A DNA stretch of 64,000 bases from positions 728,197 through 792,196 of the forward strand of contig JAXGLP010000001.1 in NCBI GenBank assembly GCA_040769165.1, read 5' to 3'. Shown here piece after piece: positions 1 through 10,328 of the stretch; positions within the stretch are counted from its first letter, which is position 1, and every line of letters begins with the position of its first letter. The position numbers were made by a program, and so were the translations under genes. The stretch is from Armatimonadota bacterium. GTDB lineage: Bacteria > Armatimonadota > UBA5829 > DSUL01. The notes under the pieces are model-generated. The model was not told the DNA's origin and searched no databases. It worked only from the letters and a program-made list of their open reading frames with translations.

Positions 1-1
1 G

Positions 2-1300
2 GCGGTGTTTCTCGACGCGCGCGACGAGGTCATCCGCCCGGCCATTCTCTGGTGCGACCAGCGGACGGCTGCCGAATGCCGCGAGATCACCGAACGCGCC
101 GGGCGCGAGACCGTGGAGCGGGTGACGCTCAATCCGGTGCTGACCGGCTTTCAGGCGCCGAAGATCGTCTGGCTCAGGAACAACGAGCCGGATGCGTTCG
201 CGCGGGTTCGCAGGGTGCTGCTCCCGAAGGACTACATCCGGCTCCTGCTCACGGGCGCGTACGCCACCGAAGTGTCCGACGCCTCCGGGACTTCCCTCCT
301 GAACGTGCGCGAGCGCAAATGGTCGCCCGAGATGGCCGCCGCGGCCTTCGTCGAGGAGAACTGGCTGCCCGAGTGTTTCGAGTCGGTGGAGGTTTCGGGA
401 CACCTCAGCGCGCAGGCCGCGGATGCGCTCGGGCTGAGGGCGGGCACGCCGGTGGTCGGGGGCGGAGGCGATCAGGCGGCTGGCGGCCTCGGCAGCGGCA
501 TCGTGAAGCCGGGCCTGGTCAGTTCGTCGCTCGGCACGTCCGGCGTCGTGTTCGCCTTCGCCGGCAGCCCGTTCGTGGACGACAAACTGCGCACGCACAC
601 ATTCTGCCACGCCGTTTCGGGCAAGTGGCACGTCATGGGCGTGGTGCTCTCGGCGGGAGGGTCGCTGCGCTGGTACCGCGACACGTTCTGCGAGGACGAG
701 AAGCGGGCGGCCGCCGAGCGCGGCGTGGACCCGTACGAACTCATCACGGCATCCGCGAAGGATATCCCTCCCGGCGCGGACGGGCTGTTCTTCCTGCCCT
801 ATCTCTCCGGCGAGCGCACTCCGTACCCGGACCCCTGCGCGCGGGGGGTGTTCTTCGGCGCCACGCTCAAGCACACGAAGGCACATTTCGCCCGCGCCGT
901 GCTCGAAGGCGTGGGCTTCGCGATGGCCGACAGCTTCAGCATTATGCGCGGCATGGGCATTGACGCAACGCAGGCGCGGGTGATGGGCGGCGGCGCGCGC
1001 AGCACGGTCTGGACTCAGATTCTGGCCGACATCACCGGGTGTCCTCACGTGACTCTCAATGTGGACGAGGGGCCCGCGTACGGCGTCGCCCTGCTTGCGG
1101 GGGTGTCGCAGGGTGTATGGGGGAGCATAGAAGAAGCCTGCTCGGCGGCGCTCGTGCCGGTACGCACAGTGTCGCCCGATGCGGCCGCGTCCGGGGCGTA
1201 TCAGGGGCTGCACGAGTTCTACACATCGCTGTACGGAAGTCTGAAGGAACGCTTCGCGGCGCTCAACGATATCTCGCGGATGGGCGCGGCGGATGGATAA
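2..1300 (+). CDS. xylB: Xylulokinase / FGGY-family carbohydrate kinase (5' end cut by window edge)
   Basis: ORF 5..1300 is open to the window start. It has FGGY kinase-like sequence (ILWCDQRT, GGGDQAAGGLG, YLSGERTP, GGGARS). Its stop overlaps the start of the next gene (ATGGATAA). Confidence 0.8.
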   Translation, partial: AVFLDARDEVIRPAILWCDQRTAAECREITERAGRETVERVTLNPVLTGFQAPKIVWLRNNEPDAFARVRRVLLPKDYIRLLLTGAYATEVSDASGTSLLNVRERKWSPEMAAAAFVEENWLPECFESVEVSGHLSAQAADALGLRAGTPVVGGGGDQAAGGLGSGIVKPGLVSSSLGTSGVVFAFAGSPFVDDKLRTHTFCHAVSGKWHVMGVVLSAGGSLRWYRDTFCEDEKRAAAERGVDPYELITASAKDIPPGADGLFFLPYLSGERTPYPDPCARGVFFGATLKHTKAHFARAVLEGVGFAMADSFSIMRGMGIDATQARVMGGGARSTVWTQILADITGCPHVTLNVDEGPAYGVALLAGVSQGVWGSIEEACSAALVPVRTVSPDAAASGAYQGLHEFYTSLYGSLKERFAALNDISRMGAADG

Positions 1301-2321
1301 GGCTCCGGGGAAGCAGCTTCAGACGAGCTGGCGCAGCCTTCTTGCGGCTGCCGCCAACCTGCGCGGCCTGCTGGCGCTCGTCGTTGTCATTGCGCTCGGC
1401 GTGCTCTTCACCCCGCGCAATCTCGAAACAGGGCACTCCATCTTCCTCACCTGGCAGACGCAGAGCGACATCCTGTTCGAGTACTCGGAGTATGGCCTTC
1501 TCGCGTGCGGAATGACGCTTGTCATACTCACCGGGGGAATTGACCTGTCGGTCGGAAGCATAGTGGGGTTCGCCGCCACCCTGTTCGCTCTGCTTCTTAT
1601 CGGGCACGGGTGGGGCGTGGGAGCGGCGGCGGGGGCGTGCCTGGCGGCGGGCGCGACGGCCGGACTCGTCAACGGCGTTCTCATCTCGCGCTTCCGCATG
1701 CAGCCGTTCGTCGCGACTCTGGCAATGATGGTTGCGGCGAGGGGTGCGGCAAAGGTCATCTCCGGGGGCATCAAGGTGCAGCCCGCGGCCAGGGACTGGT
1801 ATGCGTTGCAGGAAGGCTCGCCCCCTGTGTTCGACTGGCTCACTACCTCCCTGCCGTGGGTGCGCATCCAGCCCGCCACGCTGCTGTTTCTGCTCGCGAT
1901 CGTCATCATGACCGTCGTCGTCCGGTACACGTCGTTTGGCCGCAGGCTGTATGCGGTCGGCGGCAGCGAGGAGGCCGCCCGGCTGTCGGGCATCCGCGTG
2001 CCGCAGGTCAAGATATGGGCGTACAGCCTCTGCGCGTTCTTCGCCGCGCTCGCCGGGCTTATCAATGCCAGCCGCATCAGCATCGGCGATCCGGAAGCCG
2101 GGTTCACTTACGAGCTCGACGCCATCGCGGCGGTGGTCATCGGCGGAACCACGCTGAACGGCGGGCAGGGCGGGATGGGGCTCACGTTCGTCGGGGTCCT
2201 CATCATCGCCTATATCAATAAGATTCTAAGCCTCAATGCCGTGCCTGAGCCGTGGAGGCTGCTCGCAAAGGGGCTCATCATAGTCGTTGCGGTGCTGATC
2301 CAGCAGCGAAGGAAAGCATGA
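1293..2321 (+). CDS. Sugar ABC transporter permease (RbsC/AraH-like)
   Basis: 342-aa protein that is hydrophobic and multi-pass throughout. Carries the motif GGIDLSVGS typical of ribose/xylose-type permeases. Coupled to xylB by an 8-nt overlap. Confidence 0.8.
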   Translation: MDKAPGKQLQTSWRSLLAAAANLRGLLALVVVIALGVLFTPRNLETGHSIFLTWQTQSDILFEYSEYGLLACGMTLVILTGGIDLSVGSIVGFAATLFALLLIGHGWGVGAAAGACLAAGATAGLVNGVLISRFRMQPFVATLAMMVAARGAAKVISGGIKVQPAARDWYALQEGSPPVFDWLTTSLPWVRIQPATLLFLLAIVIMTVVVRYTSFGRRLYAVGGSEEAARLSGIRVPQVKIWAYSLCAFFAALAGLINASRISIGDPEAGFTYELDAIAAVVIGGTTLNGGQGGMGLTFVGVLIIAYINKILSLNAVPEPWRLLAKGLIIVVAVLIQQRRKA

Positions 2322-2374
2322 GGCCGGGGCAGGCCCGGAGTCTGTGATATCTTAGGTGTCTGAGGAGAACTGAT

Positions 2375-3322
2375 ATGAAGTACTATGCTCTTGCGGCCGC
2401 CGCGGCGGCGGTTGTGGTGTGCGCGGGTTGCGCCAGACAGGCCCCGTCCGGCAGCGGCGCCGGGGGACAGCAGGGAAAGGTCTGGAACATCGGCTTTTCG
2501 CAGTCGAATCTCGGCGAGCCCTGGCGCGTTCAGATGAACGCCGACATCAAGAAGGCGGCGGAGGCTCACCCGGAACTGAAGGTGATCTTCAAGGACGCTC
2601 AGAACGACACCGCCACCCAGCAGAACCAGGTCAAGGAGTTCGTTCAACAGGGCGTTGACCTGATCATCATCTCGCCCAAGGAAACCGTTCCGCTCACGCA
2701 GCCTGTCGCCGAGGCGATGGACAAAGGGATACCCGTCATCGTGCTCGATCGTGAAGTGCAGGGAGACAAATACACCTGCTTCATCGGCGGCGATAACAAG
2801 CAGATCGGCGAGGAAGCCGGCAAGCACGTCGTAAAGGCACTGGGCGGCGAAGGGCAGATTGTCGAGTTGAAAGGCCTGATGACCACGACCCCCGGTCAGG
2901 ACCGGCACACGGGATTCGTCAAGGGCATTCAAGGGTCCGGCATCAAGACCATTTTCGAAGCCGACTGCCGCTGGCTCGAGCCGGAAGCCCAGAAGGAGAT
3001 GAAGTCCGCCCTTGCCCGCTTCGACAGGATAGATGCCGTTTACGCACACAACGACCCGAGCGCCCACGGCGCCTACATGGCGGCGAAGCAGGAGGGCAAG
3101 GGCCGCGAGAAGACTATCAAGTTCATCGGGATTGACGGGCTTCCGAACGAGGGCGTCAAGTACGTCCGCGACGGCATATTGAGCGCGACGTTCGTGTATC
3201 CCACCTGCGGGCCGGAGGCTATTGACGCGGCCCTCAAGATTCTCGCGGGCGAAACCGTGCCGAAGCGGATCATGCTTCCGACCACGGTCATTACGAAGGA
3301 AACGCTGGAGGCGAAGAACTGA
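2375..3322 (+). CDS. Sugar ABC transporter substrate-binding protein (periplasmic binding protein type I, RbsB-like)
   Basis: Lipoprotein-like signal (AAAAAVVVCAGC). Body resembles RbsB/LacI-fold binding proteins (IGFSQSNLGEPWR, VDLIIISP, VIVLDR). GAGGAG ribosome-binding site lies upstream of the ATG. Confidence 0.8.
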   Translation: MKYYALAAAAAAVVVCAGCARQAPSGSGAGGQQGKVWNIGFSQSNLGEPWRVQMNADIKKAAEAHPELKVIFKDAQNDTATQQNQVKEFVQQGVDLIIISPKETVPLTQPVAEAMDKGIPVIVLDREVQGDKYTCFIGGDNKQIGEEAGKHVVKALGGEGQIVELKGLMTTTPGQDRHTGFVKGIQGSGIKTIFEADCRWLEPEAQKEMKSALARFDRIDAVYAHNDPSAHGAYMAAKQEGKGREKTIKFIGIDGLPNEGVKYVRDGILSATFVYPTCGPEAIDAALKILAGETVPKRIMLPTTVITKETLEAKN

Positions 3323-3360
3323 CTTCAGCCGGGCCCTTCATTCTGTCGGCGGACCGTGTT

Positions 3361-4575
3361 GTGCCCGAGCCGGGAACGGTCATAGAGCGCGGCCAGATTC
3401 GTGTCGAGTCTGGCCGCGTTACGCATGCAGGCGCCGAGGTCGCGGCGCGCCACCCGGGCGAACCAGTCCACGAGTTCCCGGGGTGCGTGCTGATTCCCGG
3501 GCTCGTCAACTGCCACACGCATCTGGAACTGACGGCGCTTCGCGGCGCCGGGCGCGGATTGCCGTTCGCCGCGTGGATTCAGCTAGTGACCCGCGAGATA
3601 GCCGCCCACGACCGCGAGTTCTGGATGGAGTCGGCCCGGCAGGGCGCGCGCGAGTGCCTGGCGGGAGGAGTCACGAGTCTGGCGGACTACAGCACGCACG
3701 GTGTGTCCTCCGCCGCCATCGCCGAGACGGGCATGCGCGGGGTGGTCTTTCAGGAGTGCTTCTTTCCCGACCCCAGGGCCGGTCTGGCGGCAATGCTGGA
3801 AGGGCTCGGCCGAGGCGTGCGCTCTCTTGAGGAGCTTGCCGGAGAGGACGTCCGGGTGGGTGTGAGCTGTCACGCCGCCTACAATGCCGCCAGACCGGCA
3901 CTGAAGGCTGTCGTGCAGGAATTCGGGGACTACCCCCGTTCCATCCACGCCGCCGAGTCGCCGGCGGAGGACAGATACATCCGCGAGGGCAGGGGGGAGA
4001 TCGCCGAGGCGCATCGTGAGCGCGGCATCCCGGTGGAGGCGCGGCGGATGAGCCCGGTGGAGTATCTGGACAACGCGGCGTACTGGCGGCCGGGAACGCT
4101 CGCGGTGCATCTGACGCAGGCGTCGCGGGGCGATTTTGCCATCCTCAAGGCGCGCGGGGTGTCGGCGGCCTTCTGCCCGGTCTCTAACGCGGCGCTTGGG
4201 GCGGGGGTTGCGGGCATTGCCGCCGCCCGCCGCGCTGGCCTGACGTGCGGCTTCGGCACCGATAGCGCAATATCCAGCGAGCGCCTCGATATGTTCGAGG
4301 AGATGCGCTTCGCGCTTCTGGCGTCGAGGGTCCGCAACGACCCGCTTGCTCCCTCCGATGTGTTCGCCATGGCTACCGCCGAGGGCGCCGCCGCGGCTGG
4401 AATCGAAGGCGCGGGCGTGCTGACGCCCGGGGCGCGCGCCGATGCCGTCGCCGTCCGCCTTCCGCGTCCGCCCGCGGACTCAACGGTGGTGGACCGGCTC
4501 GTCATGCAGGCGTCGTCCGGCGACGTCCGGGCGGTCTATGTTGCGGGGCGGCTTGAGGTTTCGCAGATACCGTGA
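3361..4575 (+). CDS. Amidohydrolase-family metal-dependent hydrolase (nucleoside/aminofutalosine-deaminase-like); start uncertain
   Basis: Contains PGLVNCHTHLELT (HxH metal motif), a later HAAES and a C-terminal GTDS. The family-like N-terminal strand (FILSADRVVPEPG) continues upstream of the first canonical start, GTG at 3361. Confidence 0.7.
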   Translation: MPEPGTVIERGQIRVESGRVTHAGAEVAARHPGEPVHEFPGCVLIPGLVNCHTHLELTALRGAGRGLPFAAWIQLVTREIAAHDREFWMESARQGARECLAGGVTSLADYSTHGVSSAAIAETGMRGVVFQECFFPDPRAGLAAMLEGLGRGVRSLEELAGEDVRVGVSCHAAYNAARPALKAVVQEFGDYPRSIHAAESPAEDRYIREGRGEIAEAHRERGIPVEARRMSPVEYLDNAAYWRPGTLAVHLTQASRGDFAILKARGVSAAFCPVSNAALGAGVAGIAAARRAGLTCGFGTDSAISSERLDMFEEMRFALLASRVRNDPLAPSDVFAMATAEGAAAAGIEGAGVLTPGARADAVAVRLPRPPADSTVVDRLVMQASSGDVRAVYVAGRLEVSQIP

Positions 4576-5576
4576 ATGACAGGCAGACAATCGGAGAAAC
4601 GGGCGGTGAGTTCGCTTTCATTGACCGCGCTCTCGCACAGGCGGCGCGGGGAGATCAGCGCATCATCGTGGGACCGGGCGACGATGCCGCCGTGCTGCGG
4701 TGCGGCGGCGAGGCGGTTGTCACTACCGATCTGCTGATCGAAGGCCGGCACTTCCGGCTCGACTGGATTGCCCCGTTCGATGCTGGCTGGCGCGCGGCAA
4801 TCTCATCGCTGTCCGACCTCGCCGCCATGGGCGCCCGCCCGCTGGCCGGGTTCCTGTCGCTCGGTGTTGGGCCGCAGTTTCCGGCCGCCGATGCCGAGGA
4901 TCTCGTCCGCGGAGTTGCTGCCTGCCTCGAAATCTATGGCGCGGCGCTCGCGGGAGGCGACACCGTCGCGAGCTCGTCCGGGGTGATCCTCAATGTCTGC
5001 CTCGCCGGCGAGTGGCAGGGCCGGTCGTGTCTGCGCAGCGCCGCCCGGCCCGGCGACCTGATCTGCGTCACGGGGCGTCTCGGCGGCTCGCGAGCGGCCC
5101 TGCGGCTTCTGGAGCGGCTGGGCCCCGGGGCGGCCTGGGAGGGGCATCACGAACTGATCCTGAGCTACTCCGCCCCGCACGCGCGCACCAGCGCCGGGCT
5201 GTGGCTGACGCGTCAGGACGCGGTTCACGCGATGATGGACATCAGCGACGGCCTCTCGTCCGACCTCTGGCGCATCGCGGAGGCGAGCGGCGTCCGGTGC
5301 GTCGTGGATGTCAGCGCTCTTCCCGTCAGCCCCGCGGCGGCCGCCGCCGCCCATCTGACCGGCGAAACGCTGGCCGACACGGCCCTTCACGGCGGTGAGG
5401 ACTTCGAGCTTCTCTTCACGATTGCGCCGGAAGGAGCCGAGGCTGTGCTGGGCGGCATCGTCATCGAAACAGGCACGCAGGCGGCAATCGTGGGAAGGGT
5501 CGACGAAGGCGAGCCGGGAGTCTTCGCGGCGGACGGCGCGCCCATCCACCCGGCGTTCGAGCATTTCGCCCCGTGA
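4572..5576 (+). CDS. thiL: Thiamine-monophosphate kinase
   Basis: AIR-synthase-fold motifs are present (GPGDDAAVL, TTDLLIEGRHF, GGDT, DISDGL). GTG start overlaps the upstream stop (GTGA). Confidence 0.8.
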   Translation: MNDRQTIGETGGEFAFIDRALAQAARGDQRIIVGPGDDAAVLRCGGEAVVTTDLLIEGRHFRLDWIAPFDAGWRAAISSLSDLAAMGARPLAGFLSLGVGPQFPAADAEDLVRGVAACLEIYGAALAGGDTVASSSGVILNVCLAGEWQGRSCLRSAARPGDLICVTGRLGGSRAALRLLERLGPGAAWEGHHELILSYSAPHARTSAGLWLTRQDAVHAMMDISDGLSSDLWRIAEASGVRCVVDVSALPVSPAAAAAAHLTGETLADTALHGGEDFELLFTIAPEGAEAVLGGIVIETGTQAAIVGRVDEGEPGVFAADGAPIHPAFEHFAP

Positions 5577-6022
5577 GCCCGTCCGCGCAAGTAACAGACA
5601 GCGCCAGCGTGCGCGAGACGCGCAAGTGCGCCTCCACGCTCGCCCGCAGGCTGCGGCCCGGCGATGCCGTGCTGCTCGAGGGGCCTCTTGGCGCGGGGAA
5701 GACGGCGTTCGTCTCCGGCGTCGCGCGCGCTCTCGGCGCGCCCGGCCAGGTCTCGAGTCCCACCTTCGTGTTCGTGCACGAGTACTCCGCCCGCATCCCC
5801 CTCGTGCACGTTGATCTCTACCGCCTGCCGGAGGGCTCGGACATCGAAGACCTGGGCATCCGCGAGTATCTGGACGGCTCCTGCATCGTTCTGGTCGAGT
5901 GGCCCGGGCGCTGCCCGTCGTTCGACTGGGGCGGACGGGTGTGGCGGGTGAGCATCTCCATCGAGGGTGACATGCACAGGCGGATTACGGTCACCCCGCC
6001 GGAGGCGGAGGACTGCCTTTGA
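5573..6022 (+). CDS. tsaE: tRNA t6A37 biosynthesis ATPase TsaE
   Basis: 149 aa with Walker A GPLGAGKT and SPTF..VHEY, the typical YjeE/TsaE pattern. 4-nt overlap with thiL. Confidence 0.8.
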   Translation: MSPSAQVTDSASVRETRKCASTLARRLRPGDAVLLEGPLGAGKTAFVSGVARALGAPGQVSSPTFVFVHEYSARIPLVHVDLYRLPEGSDIEDLGIREYLDGSCIVLVEWPGRCPSFDWGGRVWRVSISIEGDMHRRITVTPPEAEDCL

Positions 6023-6711
6023 GAGTACTTGCCATAGACACCTGCCTTGCCGACATCTCCGCGGCGGTCTCGCGCGAGCCCGGCCAGGCCGAGTGCGAGA
6101 CGTTCCGGCACGAGCGCGACGCCCTTCAGCGCCTGGCGGGCATCGTCCGCGACCTGCTTGGCCGCTCCGGCCTCCGGCCGGAAGACATCGAGCTTGTTGT
6201 CTGCACGCGGGGTCCGGGGTCGTTCACGGGCTTGCGGGTGGGCGTGGCTGCGGCGAAGGCGTTCGCCGCGGCTGCTGGCGCGCAGATGGCGGGGCCATCA
6301 ACGCTCGCAATGCTGGCCGCGAATGTCCAGACGCCCGGAGCGCTTGTCGTTCCGCTCATCGAAGCCTGCCCGGGCGAAGTGTACTGCGGGGCGTACAGGG
6401 TGGGCGGCGCGGGCGAAGCCCTGGCGGAGGTCGCGCCGGATCAGGTCTGCCCGGCGTCAAACCTCGAGCACTGGCTGGATGCTCTCGGCAGTCCCGGCCC
6501 GGTCATCATCGGACCGGCCGCCGCGAAATACGCCAGTTGCATCGGCGCGGCCAGGGTCGAGGAAGGATTCGACACGGTCAGCATCCTTAGAGTCATCGAA
6601 TGGGGAAGGGCGGCGGCGGAGTCCGGCGGCCTGACCGGGCCCCTGGACTTCCAGCCGGAGTATCTGCGCGCCTCGCACGCCGAGATCAGGCGGGCGGAGG
6701 GCAAGGGCTAG
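6019..6711 (+). CDS. tsaB: tRNA t6A37 biosynthesis protein TsaB (YeaZ-like)
   Basis: N-terminus VLAIDT... and GPGSFTGLRVG motif match the TsaB/YeaZ family. TTG start overlaps the tsaE stop. Confidence 0.75.
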   Translation: MRVLAIDTCLADISAAVSREPGQAECETFRHERDALQRLAGIVRDLLGRSGLRPEDIELVVCTRGPGSFTGLRVGVAAAKAFAAAAGAQMAGPSTLAMLAANVQTPGALVVPLIEACPGEVYCGAYRVGGAGEALAEVAPDQVCPASNLEHWLDALGSPGPVIIGPAAAKYASCIGAARVEEGFDTVSILRVIEWGRAAAESGGLTGPLDFQPEYLRASHAEIRRAEGKG

Positions 6712-7862
6712 ACGGAGTAATCCTCCGGGGAAATCGCCACCGGCACGCCGCCGAGCGCTTCCGATTCGGCTGCCCGCAGAATCACTGCTGTGCTGACCGC
6801 GGCCACTTCCGCCGAACACACAGGCTGCCGGCGCTCGCGGACGGCGCCCACGAGATTCGTCAGCAGCGCGTAGTGCCCCTTATCCGGCTGCTGGGGCAGT
6901 ATCGAGTTGTCCCCCTTCGCGATGGCCTGCGCCTGCGCCGCCCCAATCGCCCGATAGTATCCCTCGATTCCTTCCCCTTGCCCGCCCGGAATCGGGAACG
7001 CCGTCCGCAGCGGCTCGCCCTCTATCCCCGCCGTCCTGATCTCGCACAGATGGTCCATCACAATCGCGCTGCCGTTGTGGTATATCTCGACAAGCTCCTT
7101 CGGGTATCCGAAGCTCCCGAACACGGTCGCGAAGATCGTCGCGATTGACCCGTCCGCATACTCGATCGTGATGACGTGGTTTCCGGCCTTCTCGCCGGTG
7201 GTGGTTACGCGCACGGGCGGCGCCGTCACAAACGCGCCCGCAAGGTCGGCAAAGTGGGTCATCTCGTTCATCAGCGCGCCGGCGGCGAACGCCCACTTCT
7301 TCCACGACCAGAAGTCGTCGTTGACGCGCAGCAGAACCATCGTGCGGTTCTCGCCCGGAAGATCGGCCGGCCCGACGCCGTCGCGGTTGTATCGCCATTG
7401 CGGCGAAACCGGCCGGGCGCGATGCTTCTCGAGCATGCGCTGAGCCTCAATCACAGCGGGCGCCATGCGGCGGTTGTGCCCTACCGTCAGCAGCGCTCCG
7501 GTCTGGCTCACCACCCCGAGCAGATGACGCAGTTCCTCGAAGCTCTCCGCCATCGGCTTTTCGAGATAGATATGCTTGCCTGCGCGGGCGAACAGTTCCA
7601 CAAGGCCGCGCCGCGCGCCGTGACTCGCCGCAATCAGCGCCAGATGGCAGTTCTCATCCGCCGCTACGTCCCGCGCGTCCGCTGTTGCGTGTGCGGGATG
7701 GAACGCTTTCCGCGCCTGCTCCAGCGCGGCCGGATTCGGATCACAGCACCAGCGCAGTTCCAGATCGGGGTGGCGCGCGATATTCGGGAGGTGCACACTC
7801 TGCGCCATCATCCCGCAGCCTATCACTCCGATGCCGAGACGGTCGCCGTTCATGGGAACCAC
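6708..7862 (-). CDS. Gfo/Idh/MocA-family NAD(P)-dependent oxidoreductase
   Basis: N-terminal Rossmann motif IGVIGCGMMAQSVHLPN, then EKPMA, as in the Gfo/Idh/MocA family. Confidence 0.8.
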   Translation of the reverse strand: MVPMNGDRLGIGVIGCGMMAQSVHLPNIARHPDLELRWCCDPNPAALEQARKAFHPAHATADARDVAADENCHLALIAASHGARRGLVELFARAGKHIYLEKPMAESFEELRHLLGVVSQTGALLTVGHNRRMAPAVIEAQRMLEKHRARPVSPQWRYNRDGVGPADLPGENRTMVLLRVNDDFWSWKKWAFAAGALMNEMTHFADLAGAFVTAPPVRVTTTGEKAGNHVITIEYADGSIATIFATVFGSFGYPKELVEIYHNGSAIVMDHLCEIRTAGIEGEPLRTAFPIPGGQGEGIEGYYRAIGAAQAQAIAKGDNSILPQQPDKGHYALLTNLVGAVRERRQPVCSAEVAAVSTAVILRAAESEALGGVPVAISPEDYSV

Positions 7863-7865
7863 GCC

Positions 7866-9413
7866 TCAGCCACACCTGCCGCCGGCGATCTCCTCGCGAG
7901 CCTGCTCCCGAAGCACCCGCTTCAGAGTCTTGCCCAGCGTGTTCGTCGGCATCTGGTCCAGAACAATCACGGCGCGCGGCGTCTTGTATCGCGCCAGCCT
8001 GTCCTTGAAAAGCCCGAGAAGCTCATCCGGAGTCGCGCTCGCGCCCTCCTTGAGCACGACATACGCGCGCAGTGTTTCGTCGCCGGTGTGGTCCGGCACG
8101 CCGATCACCGCCGCATCTGCCACCGACGGGTGTTCCAGCAGAACTTCCTCCACCTCGCGCGGATATACGTTCAGCCCTTTTACGATCACCAGGTCCTTGG
8201 CCCGGTCCACAAGGAAGATGTAGCCGTCTTCGTCAATGCTGCCGAGGTCCCCGGTCCTCAGCCAGCCGTCCTCCATAAAAGCCGCGGCGGTTGCCTCGGG
8301 GTCGTTCCAGTAGCCGCGCATCACGTTCGGGCCTTTCACCACCAGCTCTCCGACCTCGCCCGGTCCGAGCACGGTCCCGTCTTCGCCGCGTATCTGCACC
8401 GAGACGTTCGGTATCGGCGGCCCGATACTGCCGTGCTTGCTGAGGCCGTGCGGCGGATTGGTCGAGACCACCGGGCTGGCCTCGGTCAGCCCGTAGCCCT
8501 GAATGAGCGGAATTCCGAGCTTCTCCTCGAACCCCCGCTGCACCTGAACAGCCAGAGGCGCCGCGCCGCTCAGGGCCCAGCGGACGCGGCCGCCCAGTGT
8601 CTCGAGCGTCAACCCCGGCGCCTTCACGATCGCCGCAAAGATCGCCGGCACCCCGATGAACACCGTTACCCCGTGCCGCGCGCAGGCTGCCAGCACCTCC
8701 GAGAACGGCTGCACCGACTCCACGATGACGATGGCCCCCCCCGAGAGCATCAGCATCACCACGCACACGGTCCAGCAGAAGACGTGGAACATCGGCAGCA
8801 CGGTCAGGCATCGGTCCTCCGGAGAGCAGTGGAAGACCGTCACGCACGACTCGCCGTTCGAGACTACGTTTCTGTGCGAAAGCATCACCGCCTTGCTCTG
8901 CCCCGTCACGCCCGAAGTAAAGAGCAGCGCCGCGATGTCGTCCTCCGTGGGACCCTCCGGAAGCGGCGCGCCGCCGGCGGGAGAGAGGAGCTTCTCGAAG
9001 GCGATCTGGTTGGGGCCGGTGCACGGCCCGTCCGCGACGATCGTAAAGCGAACCGTCTCGCGCGAGCAGGCTTCAGCCGCGTTCTCCAGGTAGCGCGCCT
9101 GCGCGATGATGCCAACCGCGCCGCAGCTTGCGGCGGCCGCGGTCACCTCGTGCGGCGACGCCGCCGGGTTCAGCGGGGCGGTGATTGCGCCGATGCGCGA
9201 AAGCGCAAGATATGACACAACGAACTCGGGGCAGTTGCGCATGATCAGCATCACGGCATCGCCCCGGCCAACGCCCATCGCCGCGAACGAGCGCGCGGCC
9301 GCCAGCACCTGATCGGCGACCTCGCCGTAGCTGATCTCCCGGTCCCTGAAGATGATCGCCGTTCTGTCTGAATTCTGTGCTGCGCTCTGAAGAAGCCTCT
9401 CGGCCAGGTTCAT
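7866..9413 (-). CDS. AMP-dependent acyl-CoA synthetase / long-chain fatty-acid-CoA ligase
   Basis: AMP-binding motifs LLFTSGVTGQSKAVMLSHRN, GYGLTE and TGDLG..DEDGYIFLVDRAKD. I chose the ATG at 9413 (MNLAERL) because GGAGG lies 8 nt upstream. The longer ORF reaching 9530 has no family-like sequence. Confidence 0.85.
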   Translation of the reverse strand: MNLAERLLQSAAQNSDRTAIIFRDREISYGEVADQVLAAARSFAAMGVGRGDAVMLIMRNCPEFVVSYLALSRIGAITAPLNPAASPHEVTAAAASCGAVGIIAQARYLENAAEACSRETVRFTIVADGPCTGPNQIAFEKLLSPAGGAPLPEGPTEDDIAALLFTSGVTGQSKAVMLSHRNVVSNGESCVTVFHCSPEDRCLTVLPMFHVFCWTVCVVMLMLSGGAIVIVESVQPFSEVLAACARHGVTVFIGVPAIFAAIVKAPGLTLETLGGRVRWALSGAAPLAVQVQRGFEEKLGIPLIQGYGLTEASPVVSTNPPHGLSKHGSIGPPIPNVSVQIRGEDGTVLGPGEVGELVVKGPNVMRGYWNDPEATAAAFMEDGWLRTGDLGSIDEDGYIFLVDRAKDLVIVKGLNVYPREVEEVLLEHPSVADAAVIGVPDHTGDETLRAYVVLKEGASATPDELLGLFKDRLARYKTPRAVIVLDQMPTNTLGKTLKRVLREQAREEIAGGRCG

Positions 9414-9629
9414 ATACTCTCTGCCTCCTGATAGTGCCGGTGCAGGATACACCACCCGGGGCCGCCTTGGGAAGTCATGCCGCGGCGCGAGCCGTCTTGC
9501 ACAAATAAACCAAAGCTGAACCGCGCCCACTGACAGAATCTGACAGTGACGGGTGTCATAACCTCTTTGTCAGTGCTGAAGGTGGTGCGCTTTCTTGCGC
9601 ACCGGGTGACACACAGGAGGACAGCAGAA

Positions 9630-10328
9630 ATGGCAGACACCGGACAGCCAACCACAAGAGTGGCCTACATTCTGGACAAATCAGGCTCGATGGCGAGTTG
9701 CAGGGAAGAGGCGATCAAGGGCACCAACGACTACATGGAGGCGCTCTGCGGCGAAAACCCGGACGCGCGCGTGACGGTGACCCTCTTCGACACCGAAGTC
9801 TATCAGGTCATTGACAGCGTGCTCGTGCGCGAGATCACCCATCTGACGGCCGACGCCTACATTCCTTCCGGGTGCACGGCGCTGTACGACGCTGTCGGCA
9901 GCAGCATCGCCGCGATCGGGGCCGAGGCTCAGGACGGCGACATCGTGCTCGTCTCCATCTTCACGGACGGCCTCGAGAACGCCAGCCATGAGTTCTCTCA
10001 CGAGACGATTCGCGATCTCATCAGCAAGCACGAGAAGAAGGGCTGGACTTTCGCGTATCTGGGCGCCAATCACGACGCGTGGGCCGCGGCTGAGTCCATC
10101 GGCATAGCGCGTGACAACACGGTCCGGTTCGCCGCCAGAGCGGCCGATGACGCCTTCGCGAAGGCCGGCCGCATTCAGTCGCGTTTTCTGCGAAGGCGAA
10201 GAGAAGCCCCGGAAGCCTCGCCGCAAACGGTGTTCGGGACAGGCGCCATCGAAGACGAAGCCGAGCCCGAGCCGCTGCCGGGCGACTGGAAGCAGCCCCG
10301 CGACAACCCTCGCAACAAGAAGCAGTAG
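9630..10328 (+). CDS. von Willebrand factor A (vWA) domain protein
   Basis: MIDAS-like ILDKSGSM, then TLFDT and a T/D-containing loop. ATG at 9630 is preceded by AGGAGG. Confidence 0.6.
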   Translation: MADTGQPTTRVAYILDKSGSMASCREEAIKGTNDYMEALCGENPDARVTVTLFDTEVYQVIDSVLVREITHLTADAYIPSGCTALYDAVGSSIAAIGAEAQDGDIVLVSIFTDGLENASHEFSHETIRDLISKHEKKGWTFAYLGANHDAWAAAESIGIARDNTVRFAARAADDAFAKAGRIQSRFLRRRREAPEASPQTVFGTGAIEDEAEPEPLPGDWKQPRDNPRNKKQ

